In this document: one piece after another, positions 1-15,018 of the stretch
Layout of the letters: every line of letters begins with the position of its first letter
How positions within the stretch are numbered: position 1 is the first letter of the stretch
Source: Eledone cirrhosa
Lineage: Eukaryota
Reading direction: 5' to 3'
DNA length: 64,000 bases
Assembly: GCA_964016885.1 (NCBI GenBank)
Contig: OZ024742.1
Coordinates: 299,088,001-299,152,000, forward strand
The notes under the pieces: generated by a model
What the model was told of the DNA's origin: nothing
Database searches by the model: none
The model's input: only the letters and a program-made list of their open reading frames with translations
Program-made: the position numbers and the translations under genes

Positions 1-835
1 AACACCAATCTCTCCCCCTCTCTATATCTACTACACGAAACTCTCTTCCAGTCCAAACAATAAACATCAATCTTTCCCCTTCTTTATATCTAATGTACAA
101 CACACTCTTCCAACACCCCTCACTATATTAATTACCACCAAACTTGTCCCCTCACTATATTTATGATACAACACTACGTCTCATTCTCTCCCACTCTACC
201 AAACTCTCCCCTCTCTATATAAATCAATACCTACCTCTATCAATCCTATCACTCTATTCATTACCACCAAATTCTCCCTCTTCTTCATCAACCATATAAC
301 ACTCTCTCACAATCACCCCCTCTATATCAATTGACAAGTAACTCTCCATCACTCGACGTCAACCATACAACATCTTCTCCCATCCCCCTCTCTCTATCAA
401 TTAACACCACACTCTCACTGTCTCTGTATCTACTACACGTAACTCTCTTTCAATGCCTCTCTCTATATGAATAGCACCAGACTTTGCCCCACTCTATATC
501 TATCAATACTTTTATCTCTATCAATCCTCTCACTCTATTCAATAACATCAATCTCTCCCCCTCTCTGTATCTAATATACAACACACTCTCCCAACCCACC
601 TCTCTATATCAATTAGCATCAATCTTTCCCCTCTATATATCTACCATACAACACTCTCTATCAATCCTTTCACTCTATCTATCACTTCCAGACTCTCCCC
701 CTCTCTATATCTATCAATACCTACCTCTATCAATCCTCTCACTCTATTCATTACCACCAAATTCTCCCCCTTTCTATATCAACATTACAACACTCTCTCC
801 CTATATAAATTAACACCAAATCCTCTCCCTCTCCA
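1..835. repeat. Degenerate CT/CA-rich low-complexity tandem repeat
   Basis: Recurrent imperfect units such as ctctcccctctctatatc, tcaatacctacctctatcaatcct and ctattcattaccaccaaattctccc (about 225-280 recurs at about 712-770). G is very scarce on the + strand. Confidence 0.85.
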
Positions 836-963
836 TATCAAGTACACGGAAGGATGAACGTCAGGGTTGATCCCCGCGGGATTTGAATTCGGGCCCATTT
901 AATTCGAATGCTCATGACTGCCAATTCGCAGCCTATACATTGAAGCAAGAAATGAGAACTTAC

Positions 964-1243
964 CTGTTGTTTCTCGATGGCGACTCTTTCGATTTGGTGG
1001 CGGTATATCCGTTTGTGTTCCTTGAGAGACTGCTGCAGTGTCGCTTGATTTGATACGTCTGTAAGATCCACACTTGAAATCAAGTCGATGCATGCGATAG
1101 CAGTTTAGACAAGTTCTATCTTGTTGAATACTTATCATAGAGTCTGTTTCCTTATCGGGGCTTTCCATTAACTGACACTGACAGGAATTTGTTTTCGGTA
1201 AAATGACTTTGTCAGTTGGTGCTTTGCTAGCACACGAACCCAT
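964..1243 (-). CDS. First coding exon of an unidentified host gene (93 aa + phase-1 intron), predicted N-myristoylated/palmitoylated N-terminus; exon with 5'UTR spans about 964-1462
   Basis: ORF starts MGSCASK (MGxxxS/K myristoylation consensus with Cys4). Non-repetitive, higher-GC sequence. Perfect donor CAG|GTAAGT at 964/963. Strong upstream acceptor ttttcttttgcag| at 1463/1462. Downstream exons are not evident in the window. Confidence 0.7.
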
Positions 1244-2495
1244 AATTTATATACAATGCCTAGCACGTTTAGCACACCCTTCGTTCTGCTTGACGATTGA
1301 TTCCTTTTTAGATTTTGTTTTACTCACGAAACGTAATTTTTTGTTTTACTCACGAAATGTAATTTTTTTTTTCAAATTTGTTGAAACGTATGTTGCCAAA
1401 ATAACCTACCACCTACTAACTGCATTGTATTTGGATGTCTGTGTTTGTTCCACTTATGTTCCCTGCAAAAGAAAAGCATACAGTAGGAAATAATAATATG
1501 ATGACGGAAACAGTAAACAAATATAGAATATATTATTTTATTATTTCATCAAAATCTTGTTTAGTTCTTGATTTTTAACATTAGTATTTGAGTCGCATGT
1601 ACACCACAGTAAATATTATTAAATGTTTCGCTTCTAAAGAAATATATTTTATATGTACTTGTTCCGCTGAACCTTTGTGCAGTTGAAACTCTAACCTTTC
1701 GATGCAGTTCGTGATATGGCTGGTTCCTGCTTATTTTTACTCTTAATTCAGCAAGTAGTAGCTGGAGATATTTTTCTTTTGTAAAATGCTACGGAGCATT
1801 ACTTCTCAAACTTATTTCGTCGCAGAACTAACAAACCTTTCTAAACATTCCAGAACACATATGCGTATTTTACAGGCAATTCTCACCTCCTAATTAAAAG
1901 GAAAATATTAAATGAAATAAAAAGTGCATTTGTGACAGAATTTAATAATACAAAATTACCCACACATGCAAATGCATGTGTGGGTAAATATGGTTACATT
2001 AAAAAAAATCTTTATCTCGCAGGGCACATGAGTCTTTTTTGTTTCGCTTTGTAGAACCACTTTAGAAAACAGTGTTGAAAAGTATAAACAGCTGCTTTTC
2101 TAAATCCAAATGAAGAAAAAGTATTCCGTGGTACCGAATGAATTAACAAAAAAGGATCGTCAAGATATCTGAGAGATCGAACCCGTATTTTAAAACCACT
2201 TGCTAACAGAACCTGACAAATATTCCACTCACGTTTTTATGCAAAAAAAACAACATATTCTCTGTAATTGCGATGTAGGATTTCATGTTGTCGTTGGCTG
2301 AGACCCTGGACTATTTCACGAGGCATCGATGGGCATACATTACCCGTGAAACAATTACACTGTCGAGTGGAACATTGAATATTAGTAATTTCTGTCTATT
2401 AAGCCTAGCTAATAACGAAACAAAATTATCCATACTAATATATATAAATACGTATGTGTCTTAATGTGTGTGCGTGTAATATATGCGCGCACACG

Positions 2496-2568
<73 letters not shown>

Positions 2569-3084
2569 CTGAGTTATCAGATGTTATTCGAAAATAGAGA
2601 GGAAAAAATCATCTTCATTTCATTTACGTTCATAAGCAGTTAATAGAACTGGATGAGTACTTTCGATAAGAATCTTAAATTCCAATTATTAACGAAATGT
2701 AATTTAAAAGACACCATTCTGAGTGCTTGGAAATCTATTCAGTAAGAAACGTATTGCTTTTGGAAATGAAGACAAATGGATCGGTAATCAGAGAAGCTAA
2801 TTGAAATAAAGCAAGGTACCTAGACAAAGCAAGCCACGAAGGTAATTACTGGAGTAGAAATTCCTATCAATATATTACTTCATATGATAAAAATTCTTTC
2901 TAGACAACTGAACAGTAAAGTCATCGTATACTCGAACTCTGTCGAGAAAAACATTGCGAATTAAAGTATCAACAATCTGAGTAAAAGAAGACGAAATATG
3001 ATAATTAAATGTCGACTTGAGAAATGTCGCATTAACTTGCAGAACAGATATAACTGTCGAATTAATCACTTCCAATCTATCTTA

Positions 3085-5012
3085 AATAAAACTGCTGAAG
3101 CTGGAGCTATTGAGGGGCATTCTTTCTTAACTTGAATGCGAGAGAGCAATGTCGACATACACAGTTGATGTCAGCGTGATAGTGTCGTAAGCAACGGATT
3201 TTAATGTGATTGACATTTCCCTAAAGGAATATGATGCAGTGGCAGGAACAAAAAGCACTGGAACAAGTCAGTGGGCTTGCGGTTCGGTAACTGAAGATGC
3301 ATGTCCCTGTCGTTGGCCTGTGTTATGGGGCGGTAGACCAATGGACCGGTTAAACTGCTTGGGGTTTGGTTCGGTCTGGACCTCCAGGTGGACAGGATCA
3401 ACGCTACGTAGTGGCTATCCTCATGGTGACCAGCTTCCGCCCTGTCAAAAAGGAATGAAATGCTGTAATGTACAGTGTGTACACGTTGTTCAAAATGTAT
3501 GACCACCAATCGGGGCGGTTCTGTATCATGCGCTCATTCGGTCAAGGATACCTCTTCTCGTCTCTTATTTACAAACTGATTGTTGAGCGGTTACTGCACG
3601 TCGAAGATGCTGAGAGGTACCTTGAGCGAATTAGGATGCGGGAGACCTGTGACGGCATATGTCGAAGATATCACCGTGGTGGTGTCGAGTACCAAACACA
3701 TTGAGGTTGTTCACACTTCTTTAGGTAGTGCGAGGTGGCGAACGCAGCAAAGGTTAACTACCAAAGTCGATGAGCTTGAAAATTGGACCTTGAAAAGCAG
3801 TTATACGCCTTGCAACAGCGACTCGCCAGTTAAAATGCTCAAGGCTTGATTTGGTCCAGATCTCCAGACGGAGATAAACAGAGACGAAGTAAACAGCAAG
3901 GTGGTGACTTTCGCTCAAGAATTGTTCGAATCAATACTATCAACGAAACTTCTTGCTGAGGTGGTGAACGTGTATATCGCCACCATTATATCTACTACCA
4001 CCTGACCATCTTGTCATGCTCCAGTTCACGTCTGCCCGCACTGCAACCCCTACTCTTTCGCTTTTTGTGAAAGAGACATGCTCCAATGATCAGGCGGTTT
4101 ATCTGCTCTCAACAATCCCTGTCTGAAAGAGTGAATATTCCGTGGCTGCTGATGCGTGAACATACGCTGAGTTTCTGACATCTCAAGCGTTTCCGGAATG
4201 GTGGATACTTGTGGTAGCCTTTCAGCAGACACATGTTTCCCCAGCTAGTCTCATTAACAGACCGTGGGTCCAGCCAGAACGAGAAGAAGAGTTTGACAAT
4301 TGGAATGTCGTCAAACGCTTACAGTAAGGTACTGCGATCGGTTGACAATGCACTTTAGCGTTCTATTCAGGAGTGGTGGTGGGGGATATCGCCCGCGCTC
4401 TTGAAGAGACTCTGGGAGGTAAATACGTTCAACTAGCCATACTTTTCTGGAAGAATTTCTGTTCAGGGCCCATGGACAAATTCCAGAGATTCCTAGCCTG
4501 GCAGTGCGACCGGGGAGCATTGGCAATTCGAAAGGAACACTACAGGCAAAGAAATGGCAATCCGAGATGCGAGCAGGGCTACAACACCTGCAGTTCATTA
4601 ACATGTATTGCTGATTTGTAGAACGATATCGAGTCACTTGAAGAGGGAAATCTGGGTGGAGAGGGAAGTGCTGCTTTCCAAACAGCTTGAAAGGTCGATG
4701 AGTGTGGTGAGCATGATCCGAACGAATTGGTTTGCTCTGTGAATGCCCCTCTATATTGAAGGTGGACAACTGGAAGGGGGCACTACCCTACCCTAGGTGT
4801 CAGGGTAATCGTGAATTTTTGTGGGCTTTCTCCGTAAGTAACCATCGGAATTCTCCACCATATTGGAGAATTTTCTTTTGTTTTTAATTTTTATGCATTT
4901 AGTGGTCTGCTTTCTGTTTGTACACGAAACCCCCCAGTGTACCTCCCTGTGCCAATTTTATTGTTTTCTGGATATCAGCCCTGTGTGGCTAATAAAGAAA
5001 TCATTATTATTA
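3085..5012 (+). mobile_element. Decayed L1/Tx1-like non-LTR retrotransposon, 3' portion (two overlapping fragments)
   Basis: Frames give RSFGQGYLFSSLIYKLIVERLL (resembles RSVRQGCPLSPLLY) and VTAYVEDITVVVS (resembles AYADDVTV), plus a C-terminal Cys remnant (NPRCEQ). Ends with AATAAA at about 4991 and an (ATT)n tail. A second copy of the YADD region lies at about 3100-3250. Confidence 0.75.
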
Positions 5013-5589
5013 ACATCCACGTAATTACAGATAGAACAGGGGACATGATAAAAAAAAACAATTACTACATTGGCGGCAACTGCATTGTGTGGAAGATCTG
5101 CCGACTGGTAAAAGAAATCTATTTAATAACAACATTCTTAATATATGAAAGAGCACGCTTGGCTAACATTAGTTTCAAGAAACAGCCACTATTCTGTAGT
5201 ACTGATCGTTCTTACTATATCTACAAACGTCATTTCAGAATAATAATACTGAAGAAAAATTAACAAACATATGTATGCGGATTGCATATTAAGTGCAATT
5301 CTGTACTGAATGTTAATGGATGTTTGGTTGGTTCATGGGATGTAAGTACGTGTTTCGACTAATACGCTAAAACTAATTGCACTGCTTCCATATATATTGA
5401 CGTGCGGTATGTGTGGTGGATCGTTGTTAATTCTCTGATGTGGATTATGGCGCCTTTCTAAATCCATGACCTCCATAACAATTGTAAAGTATAGTACAAT
5501 TGGATGTCAAACATATATATACATGTTTATATATATTTATATATGTATATGTGTGCGTGTGTGTGTTTGTGTGTGTGAGTATATACAAA

Positions 5590-5623
<34 letters not shown>

Positions 5624-5915
5624 AAGAAAGAGGAGAGAGCGAAAAGAGAGAGAGGGGGGAAAACAGTGAGAGGGATAAAAAAACACTGCTAAAATGTTAA
5701 GTGAACCCATAAAGGATCTCACTCCGTACCGGTTTACACAGACACAGACACCGTATGTGTGTGTTCGAATTCACAATTTAGCGACTGCTTCAATGTGACT
5801 ACATTACATCAAATAAATTGATATACTATGAAAGTCAGTGTGTGGGAATAGGTACATATATATACATAGCTGTTGAAATGGCAGGAGCTCAGCCGTCGGG
5901 GCCCGGATCTTTCAT

Positions 5916-5946
<31 letters not shown>

Positions 5947-5949
5947 CAT

Positions 5950-6161
5950 ATAACAAAGTAATTGCGGTAAAGAAGCAGATGGACCATAACGCACCAAAGT
6001 ACTCAATACTTAGGGTAGTAGAGTGGGAAATAGGATAAAGTATGACCCCGACGGCAGAGCTCAAGCCGTTTCGATGGCTATTTCTGGACTAAATATTTCT
6101 AGTCCAGAAATAGCCGTCGAAACGGCTTGAGCTCTTCCGTCGGGGTCATACTTTTTTCCTA
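5950..6161. mobile_element. Family A fold-back element in (TA)n (PLE pLTR-like)
   Basis: Palindrome 6031-6161 (taggataaagtatgaccccgacggcagagctc...gagctcttccgtcggggtcatacttttttccta) plus unique arm ggaccataacgcaccaaagtactcaatacttagggtagtagagtggg. Homologous copies occur elsewhere in the window; a partial copy lies at 5868-5914. Confidence 0.75.
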
Positions 6162-6166
6162 TATAT

Positions 6167-6216
<50 letters not shown>

Positions 6217-6220
<4 letters not shown>

Positions 6221-6662
6221 GAGTTAAACAAGATTCAATGAGTACATCAAATAAATCTCTTTCTGCATATATTACTCCCCTTTATCTTTCCCTCTCTTTA
6301 AATCCTCTTTCAGCGGACTTCATGGGCAGTTATAATTCATGAGATGTTTTCCTAGATAACCATAACTTGTAGTATCCTACATTTTAAAATCTCTATGACT
6401 GTCACATTAACCGTCTTTCTTACTCACACATTCTCTATTGAATTTATTACGTTTTCGCATTTTCTCATTATTAGGGTATAAATGTTGAGTTTTCTCTTAG
6501 GTTAATCACTACCTTTATTAAATCTTAACCACTTAACATCTCAGGGTATGTCATGTATCATTATATTTTGTCTGATGAGGACGTACTGTTGTACCTCTGA
6601 AATGTGTATAATAAAATTTAATTGATCAAAAGAGCATCTATTTTATTAATATTTGTATTTTA
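6217..6662 (+). mobile_element. AT-rich solo pLTR-like element with hammerhead motif at about 6565-6616
   Basis: CTGATGA (6572-6578), stem II ggacgtac-tgtt-gtacctct, GAAA-tgtgta (probably CpG-decayed gaaacgcgta), then aataaa. Bounded by (TA)n on both sides. Confidence 0.6.
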
Positions 6663-6754
<92 letters not shown>

Positions 6755-6830
6755 AAACTTCAGTAAATCCGAAGAAAGCTGGTGAGAAAGCCAAAGTCAG
6801 CACTCGATGCAGAGCAGAGTATATACAATT

Positions 6831-7117
6831 AGAACAAAGTAGAGATGTTACATAGGAGGTTTATTGCCTAAAACTGGTTACAAATGTTTCCCAAGCAGCT
6901 GGCTCGTGATCTGGGATGGCACCATCAGGCCAGACCAGACTCCAAGACTGCCTGATCCTCAGACCCGTGTTAACAAAAATCACAACTAATCTGGTCTGAG
7001 GATCATACAGACTTGGAGTCATGTCTGGGGGTGCTATCCCAGATCACGAGCCAGGTGCTTGGGAGACCCGTGTAACCACGATTAGGCAATAAATCTCCTA
7101 TGTAACATCACTTTGTT

Positions 7118-7120
<3 letters not shown>
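6831..7120. mobile_element. Fold-back element (about 135-bp arms) with degenerate hammerhead motif
   Basis: gaacaaagt...atgttacataggaggtttattgccta...gatcctcagacc versus ggtctgaggatc...taggcaataaatctcctatgtaacatcactttgttc. The left arm reverse-complement reads CTGATGG...cccag...cttgg-GAAAC-attt-GTA. Confidence 0.7.
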
Positions 7121-7155
<35 letters not shown>

Positions 7156-7184
7156 AAGTGTTAAAACGATCAAATTTTAGTTTA

Positions 7185-8215
7185 GAACATTTATTAGCTG
7201 ACAATTGTTTCTTCAAGAGGGAAGTCTGGAATCATCGGAGCATAAGGAATGTCGAAAACGTGTAACTAGAATCGTAGTCATTTAGAACATTTAGGGTACA
7301 TAGTTGTTATTAGTGTCAAAGGCATCATGTGGAGATTCAGGAGTTAAAAAGATGTTCCGCTTGAAATAACACAATTACAGGCAGCACTGGTTGGAAGTGT
7401 ATTAGGTATAAGTAAAAGTAAAAAGGACCAGCAAAAAAATCACAAGCAAAAAAACACAGGGAAAGAAGTTATAAGCAAGGACAATTGGTGTACAATGCAG
7501 GAATCAATACAGTCAATAATGCATGTATGAGGAAAGAGTTATAATGCAGTTGAAATAAACATATTTTGTGTGGGGTGTTAAAGCATGTTATATTTGTTAT
7601 AAACATTTAAGATAGTGTGCAATTTGTTAGAGAGGCATGCCGCGATAATGTAGGTATTTTTTTATGTAAGGTGTAATGTAAAGCACTAGATAGAGTTCGG
7701 TATGTGATTTTTATTTAAGTGTTTTTGTGTTGTAGTTCGTATTTATATGTTGTTTGTTACTCACAGCTATTAACCATGGGATTATTTTAAGTCGTTAATA
7801 GTCAATAGGTGTTTCTTTGTTAAATGTAAATTCCTCCGAATTACTGGCCATGTTGTTATTGTAGGTATATTATCTTATGCATTTTTTATCTGTAAATTAT
7901 CTTTTCTTAGGTTTGTATTAACCGTTATTAAGCTGTTGGTAAACCGTTACGTTGCTTAATTTTATAAGTTTACACAGGAAGTATATATAAACCTATTACA
8001 CTTCCAACCAAGGCTGCCTGTAATTGTGTTATTTCAAGCGGAACATCTTTTTAACTCCTGAATCTCCACATGATGCCTTTGACACTAATAATAACTACGT
8101 ACCCTAAATGTTCTAAATGACTAGGATTCTAGTTACACGTTTTCGACATTCCCTATGCTCCGATGATTCCAGACTTTCCTCTGGAAGAAACAATTGTCAG
8201 CTAATAAATGTTCTT
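7185..8215. mobile_element. Element with about 225-bp inverted arms (7185-7410 / 7987-8215), each carrying a minimal hammerhead-like motif
   Basis: Arms are near-identical reverse complements. At 8157-8201: gct-CCGATGA-ttccaga[ctttcc]tctggaa-GAAAC-aatt-GTC-agc, followed by aataaa. Adjacent to (TA)n. Confidence 0.75.
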
Positions 8216-8344
8216 TGTATCTCGGCTCTGTGAAACACTTAAAAATGTGCATTGAGCCTTTTGTCATACCGGTAACCGGCTAGTCCTTAGTACTACCCTA
8301 CATATTTATAGTTATATCAAACATATATAAATATAAATATATAA

Positions 8345-8565
8345 AAAAGGAACGATCGACTTTTTTGTCAAATCGGACCGAGGGAACAATGTTTCCGTTG
8401 GACTTTCCAATTGCTAATACTATCTATCGGTCGCAACTCCAGGTAGAAGGAGCAACGTGAAATAAAGTGTCTTGCTCAAGGACATAACGCATCGCCCGGT
8501 CTAGGAATCGAACTCACAACCTTACGATTGCGAATCCAATTTCCTAACCACTCAGCCACACGCCT
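8345..8565 (-). mobile_element. tRNA-derived SINE with CORE-like central domain
   Basis: Reverse complement reads ggcgtgtggctgagtggttagg (A box), gagttcgattcc (B box), tgtccttgagcaagacactttatttcac. A homologous + strand copy lies at 56659-56840. Confidence 0.8.
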
Positions 8566-8568
8566 TCA

Positions 8569-8677
<109 letters not shown>

Positions 8678-8948
8678 TCAAGAAACTAAACGATTCTTGC
8701 AAGTAACATGCAGTTCATTCGTCAGACAAAATATGTATAGACCGATAGATAGATATGTGTATGTGTATGTGCGTGTATATATATATTATATAATTGAATT
8801 GTGGGCGCCCCAACGTATGTGACGAGGATTTAGGGTTTTTACATTTTGAAATTACGAATAACACAACAGCATTTGGATAATACATAATGTATAAATATAT
8901 ATATATGTGTGTGTGTGTATACCCCATCCACACACACACACACACATA

Positions 8949-9036
<88 letters not shown>

Positions 9037-9118
9037 GTATGTGTATGAGTGTGTTTCTGTGTGTGCGCGTGCATGTTCGAGTATGCATACATATATATAT
9101 GTATATATGCAAATATAC

Positions 9119-9150
<32 letters not shown>

Positions 9151-9756
9151 GCAAATATGTATGTGTGTGTTTGTGGTGTATAAATAATGAGAGAGAGAGG
9201 GAGAGAGAGTGAGAGAGAGAGAGAGAGGAAAGAAAATGGAGAAAGTAAACGAAAATATCTGTGTGTATTTATTAGTTTTCTTCAAAATATTCGTAGTTTC
9301 AAAGACCTAAGATTGTTCACCTAAGTTTTCATTAATCAGTGAAATGGTCACGCAGTAATCTGAAATTCTATTCGATAGTCTTTTACCAATTATTTCACGT
9401 ATAAGGCATCCACATGAATAAATGTATATTTTGAGATTCTCCCAGCATCATCCATAATTTGAGTTTAATAATGGTTTCTGATCTTGGCACAGGGCCAACA
9501 ACATTGGGAGAGGAGTAGCCGATTAAATCGACCCCAGTTTGTAACTGATACTTTATTTTATTGACCATATAAGGATGAAAGATAAAGGTATCAATCATGA
9601 CCGGATTTGTTGTCAAGGGCTACCTTTGAGTTCAATAATGACATTTGTGAATGTATATCTACAATTAGGATATGAACATTTATAAAACGTATAGTAACTA
9701 TCATATTGGAGAGATTTTTTAATTAATTGAAACTACTGCATATTATTAATGTTATT

Positions 9757-9955
9757 GGGCGGTGGGTTGGCAGTATCGGTAGAAGGTCGGATGCCATGCT
9801 TTACAGCATAGAGTTACACCCCTTTATGGTCTGAGTTCAAATCCCGCCGAGGATCACTTTGCCTTTCATCCTTACGGGGTGGATAAAATAAAGTACCAGT
9901 AATATACTAGGATAATTTCTGGCCTTGTACCAAAAGTAGAAACAATTATTAATGT
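9757..9955 (+). mobile_element. tRNA-derived SINE family B (Meta-SINE-like central domain)
   Basis: ttggcagtatcggtag, gagttcaaatcccgccgagg (B box), gcctttcatccttacggggtggataaaataaagtaccag, then an aacaattatt tail. About 10 copies in the window; a partial minus copy lies at about 9470-9612. Confidence 0.8.
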
Positions 9956-11916
9956 TATTTCCTATCATCATCATCATCATCGGTTTTATATCCATTTTTC
10001 CATGCTGACACGAAGTCCATTAATCTACATATTAAATCTCACTTTTTACAATATAAATTCCTATTACAATTTACTTACTTGATTCCTTACAGCGTTTTCA
10101 ATAGCAAAAACCTCAGATCTAGCATGTACATCATAACCATCTAGCAGAAAGTGTAATTTATATGTTAATATTATTTGTAATATGAAACAGAAAATAATAA
10201 CATATAGAGTTACAGTTATAATTTCACGTTCGATTTTCCATTTCTCACGGACTGAACAAGGATCGGTGCTTATCCTGACTTTATGGACGTTAACCTATTG
10301 AGAGTATAATATTCCTACTTGGAAATGACGTCAGTCAATAGCAGGACTAACTCCTAGATGCCGCTGATAATCATTCCCAGCTCTGTGAAGTAAAGCAACG
10401 TAAAATAAAATCTCTTGCTCAAGGATACGACGCATCCTCCGATCTGGTAAACCGATCACCTCAACCACAAAGCTATGTGCATAGACAATATATTCAAATG
10501 GATTTAAGAGTGCATATTGTGCTGATTATAGTTTAAGTAATTTCAATATCCACCCATCTATGAGATCAAAAAATCTGACAGAGTGGTAGAACTCAGAACA
10601 CAGATAGACTGAATGAATACAGTAAAGAACTCGACCCGAAGTTTTAACGAATCTGTCAATTTGACACCTTATATATCTAACACATATTCAATTCTATTTG
10701 TTGTGTTGAATTTTATATTGAAGCATTTAAACAAAGAACGATGAGAGTAAATGCTCTAAACGTAAACTTCATTATCAAATATAAAGTAAAACAAACATGA
10801 TTAGAATATATTTTATGCTATCCTCTCGCATCCATATTGTACAAATAATTATTGCCTTCTATTATTTGTTGTAATTGTTATATGTAGGACTAACCGAATA
10901 CAACTGAAAGAAATCGATACATACACTGCAGCACAGGAAATGGACACTGCTGTAGAAACGTCATATCTATGATCGAGTTTTTCAATAAATAAACTTCATA
11001 TAATGATATGCATTCATGCAAACATTAATGTGGCCATGTACTTGTGTCATTGACAGGACAATAGCTTAATTGTTAGAATACAAGAGAGAAGAACATTAAT
11101 ATTCAGATTTAGATTGTTGTTAGAATTGTCGTTGACATTCATCATATTGGAGTCAACAAATTATAAATTACTAATATACACAATAGTAAAACTCTATCAT
11201 ATGTGTAAATGTAAAATGCTACCGCTTGTCACCACAATGTTGAATAAATAATAGATGCTTATATTCTAATCGTTATTTCAAAGAATAATATACATATTGA
11301 CTTACTTTTCTTCACTATTGTATTAGTTACTAATACTTCTCTTTCAGTATTTGTTTCATATAATTTTGTTTATTCTGGGAATGAATGAAAAAAAATTGTA
11401 AGATCCCTTTGTAAACACATTGAAATATTTTCATTCATCCTGTAACTATGTCGTAGTGAAGAGAAGGCGAAGATGTTGAAAGGGTACGTTTCTGAGATTA
11501 TAGAGGTAATAAATGCTATTGTAACTGATACAAAACCTGGAAAACAAGCACTGTGTTTTCTAATTGGTTTAGAATATATATATAAAATAAAATAAGTAAG
11601 TCAAATATGTAATATTTGTCTTCGTTTATTATAAATTATAAATTTACTGCTATATATATTTCGGTGACAGCTATTATTGGCTTTGACCTCTACAGGCAGT
11701 CCGAATTGGTGTGGAAAAGACAGGTACACATGTTGTTGAAGTGTGGTTCACTCTGTCAATATGTCCAGCTCCTGGGTGTGTTGTTAGTCCTCCGAGGAAC
11801 TATATATATAAATATATAGTGGTAGAACACGGGAAGGTAATATCCGTAGTGGTAGAGCACTCAGTACATGGGACGGTGAACTAACTGTTGTATAAATATA
11901 TATATATATATATATA

Positions 11917-13402
<1,486 letters not shown>

Positions 13403-13482
13403 TTATAATCTATCTATATATATATATATATATTATAAAATAACAGGAGGCTGGACTGGTCTAAATCCTTGAAAGGTTTATT

Positions 13483-13540
13483 ATACTATGATCATTTCAA
13501 TGACCGGGTTCAGTATGAATCCGGTGACATCATCAGGTAT
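13483..13540 (-). ncRNA. Minimal type I hammerhead ribozyme in a (TA)n-flanked non-coding element (about 13432-14355)
   Basis: Reverse complement: atac-CTGATGA-tgtcaccggattca[tac]tgaacccggtcatt-GAAA-tgatca-TA-gtat. Stem I atac/gtat; palindromic stem III atgatcat. Confidence 0.75.
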
Positions 13541-14352
13541 TCAAAATATAACAAAGGAATACAATAGACAAAATCCATGGGGCTGAAAATCAGAGATATG
13601 AGGGCGACCGAATATTTAGCAGCTTCTATCTCGGTCGGCCGCTCTCAAGTGTTGATTATTAAGTTTACCTATGACCATCTGGTGAAGGGGCGCAGGCTTA
13701 TAGTGTGCTACTACCTCCCTGTCAAAGAAAGAAGCCAGCGTAGAGGTCATGCCACAATCAAGCTGATCATGCGTGCTAGAAAGTGCCGCGAAAAATGTTA
13801 TTTCCAAAGAACATATATCTTCAACAAAGAGATATATAGTCGACGTCTGTATGGTATAATGTATGGACAGAAATTTCGATTAACAATTAGAAAGGTTAAA
13901 CTTATGTTTAGAGTTAGAAGATGAAATTAGAAAAATAAAGGTTTTAGGTTGTGAAATTTAGGTAAAGAATTTACAGAAGGAGATTTTATGAAAAAGTTTA
14001 AGTGTATTATAGATAGTCACGATAAAGTTTCAGGGTAGGATATAGAGTAAAGATTAAGCCCTTGCTTAGCGGTCAATAACCAGCGACGACTGCGGACCCT
14101 CGGCCAGCCGTGCCCCAACGACGTATCAGCCGTTCCGAGTATTATCGTCTAGCGAAAGAAATGGAAATTAATTTTTCCGAGCACTCCAGGAATGTAACTG
14201 TCTTAAGCGTCGGGTGTGTTAGCCGGAAGTCCGCCACCGCCGGCTGGCCATCGTATATACCAAACGATTACTAGTTATTCGCACTGGTGGGGGATTTAGC
14301 TAAGTGCTAGTAGAAGGAGGCATGATAAAGCTAATAGTTATGATTAAGCCTA

Positions 14353-14417
<65 letters not shown>

Positions 14418-14579
14418 TATTGGTGCTCTGAAATATTTGCCGAAAATAAGTAAGTGACATTGTCACTACTTTAAAACTCATAGCGAATGGCCAAATATAA
14501 TATATATACATTCATATATATATATATATATATATTAAACATACAGTATATTCCTAAATATACTATAGATACATTCATA

Positions 14580-14637
<58 letters not shown>

Positions 14638-14640
<3 letters not shown>

Positions 14641-15018
14641 CAAAGAAGATGTGGTAAGATACCTGGTGGACCGTAACGCACCAGAGTACTCGATAAGTAG
14701 GGTAGTAGAGTGGGTAATAGGGAAAAGAGTTAGGACCCCGACGGCTGAACTCCGGCCATTTCGACAGCTAGATCCGAACTGTTCGGATCTAGCTGTCGAA
14801 ATGGCCGGAGCTCAGCCGTCGGGGTCCTAACTCTTTTTCCTATATATATATTTATAGGAAAATGTTCAAGACCTCGATGGTAGAGCTCAAGCCGTTTCGA
14901 TGGCTATTTCCGGACTGACGTCGAAACGGCTTGAGCACTGCCGTCGGAGTCTTGAACATTTTCCTATTACGCACTCTACTATTCAAAGTATTGTGTACTC
15001 TGGTGCGTTATGGTCCAG
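14638..15018. mobile_element. Two tandem family A fold-back elements
   Basis: 14638-14842 has its palindrome axis at about 14780 (gacagctagatccgaac-t-gttcggatctagctgtc). 14853-15018 has its axis at about 14915. Both share the arm sequence of 5950-6161. Confidence 0.75.

Noticed and set aside
484-813. 109-aa ORF
   Set aside because: Lies wholly in the low-complexity CT-rich repeat and has no true ATG start.
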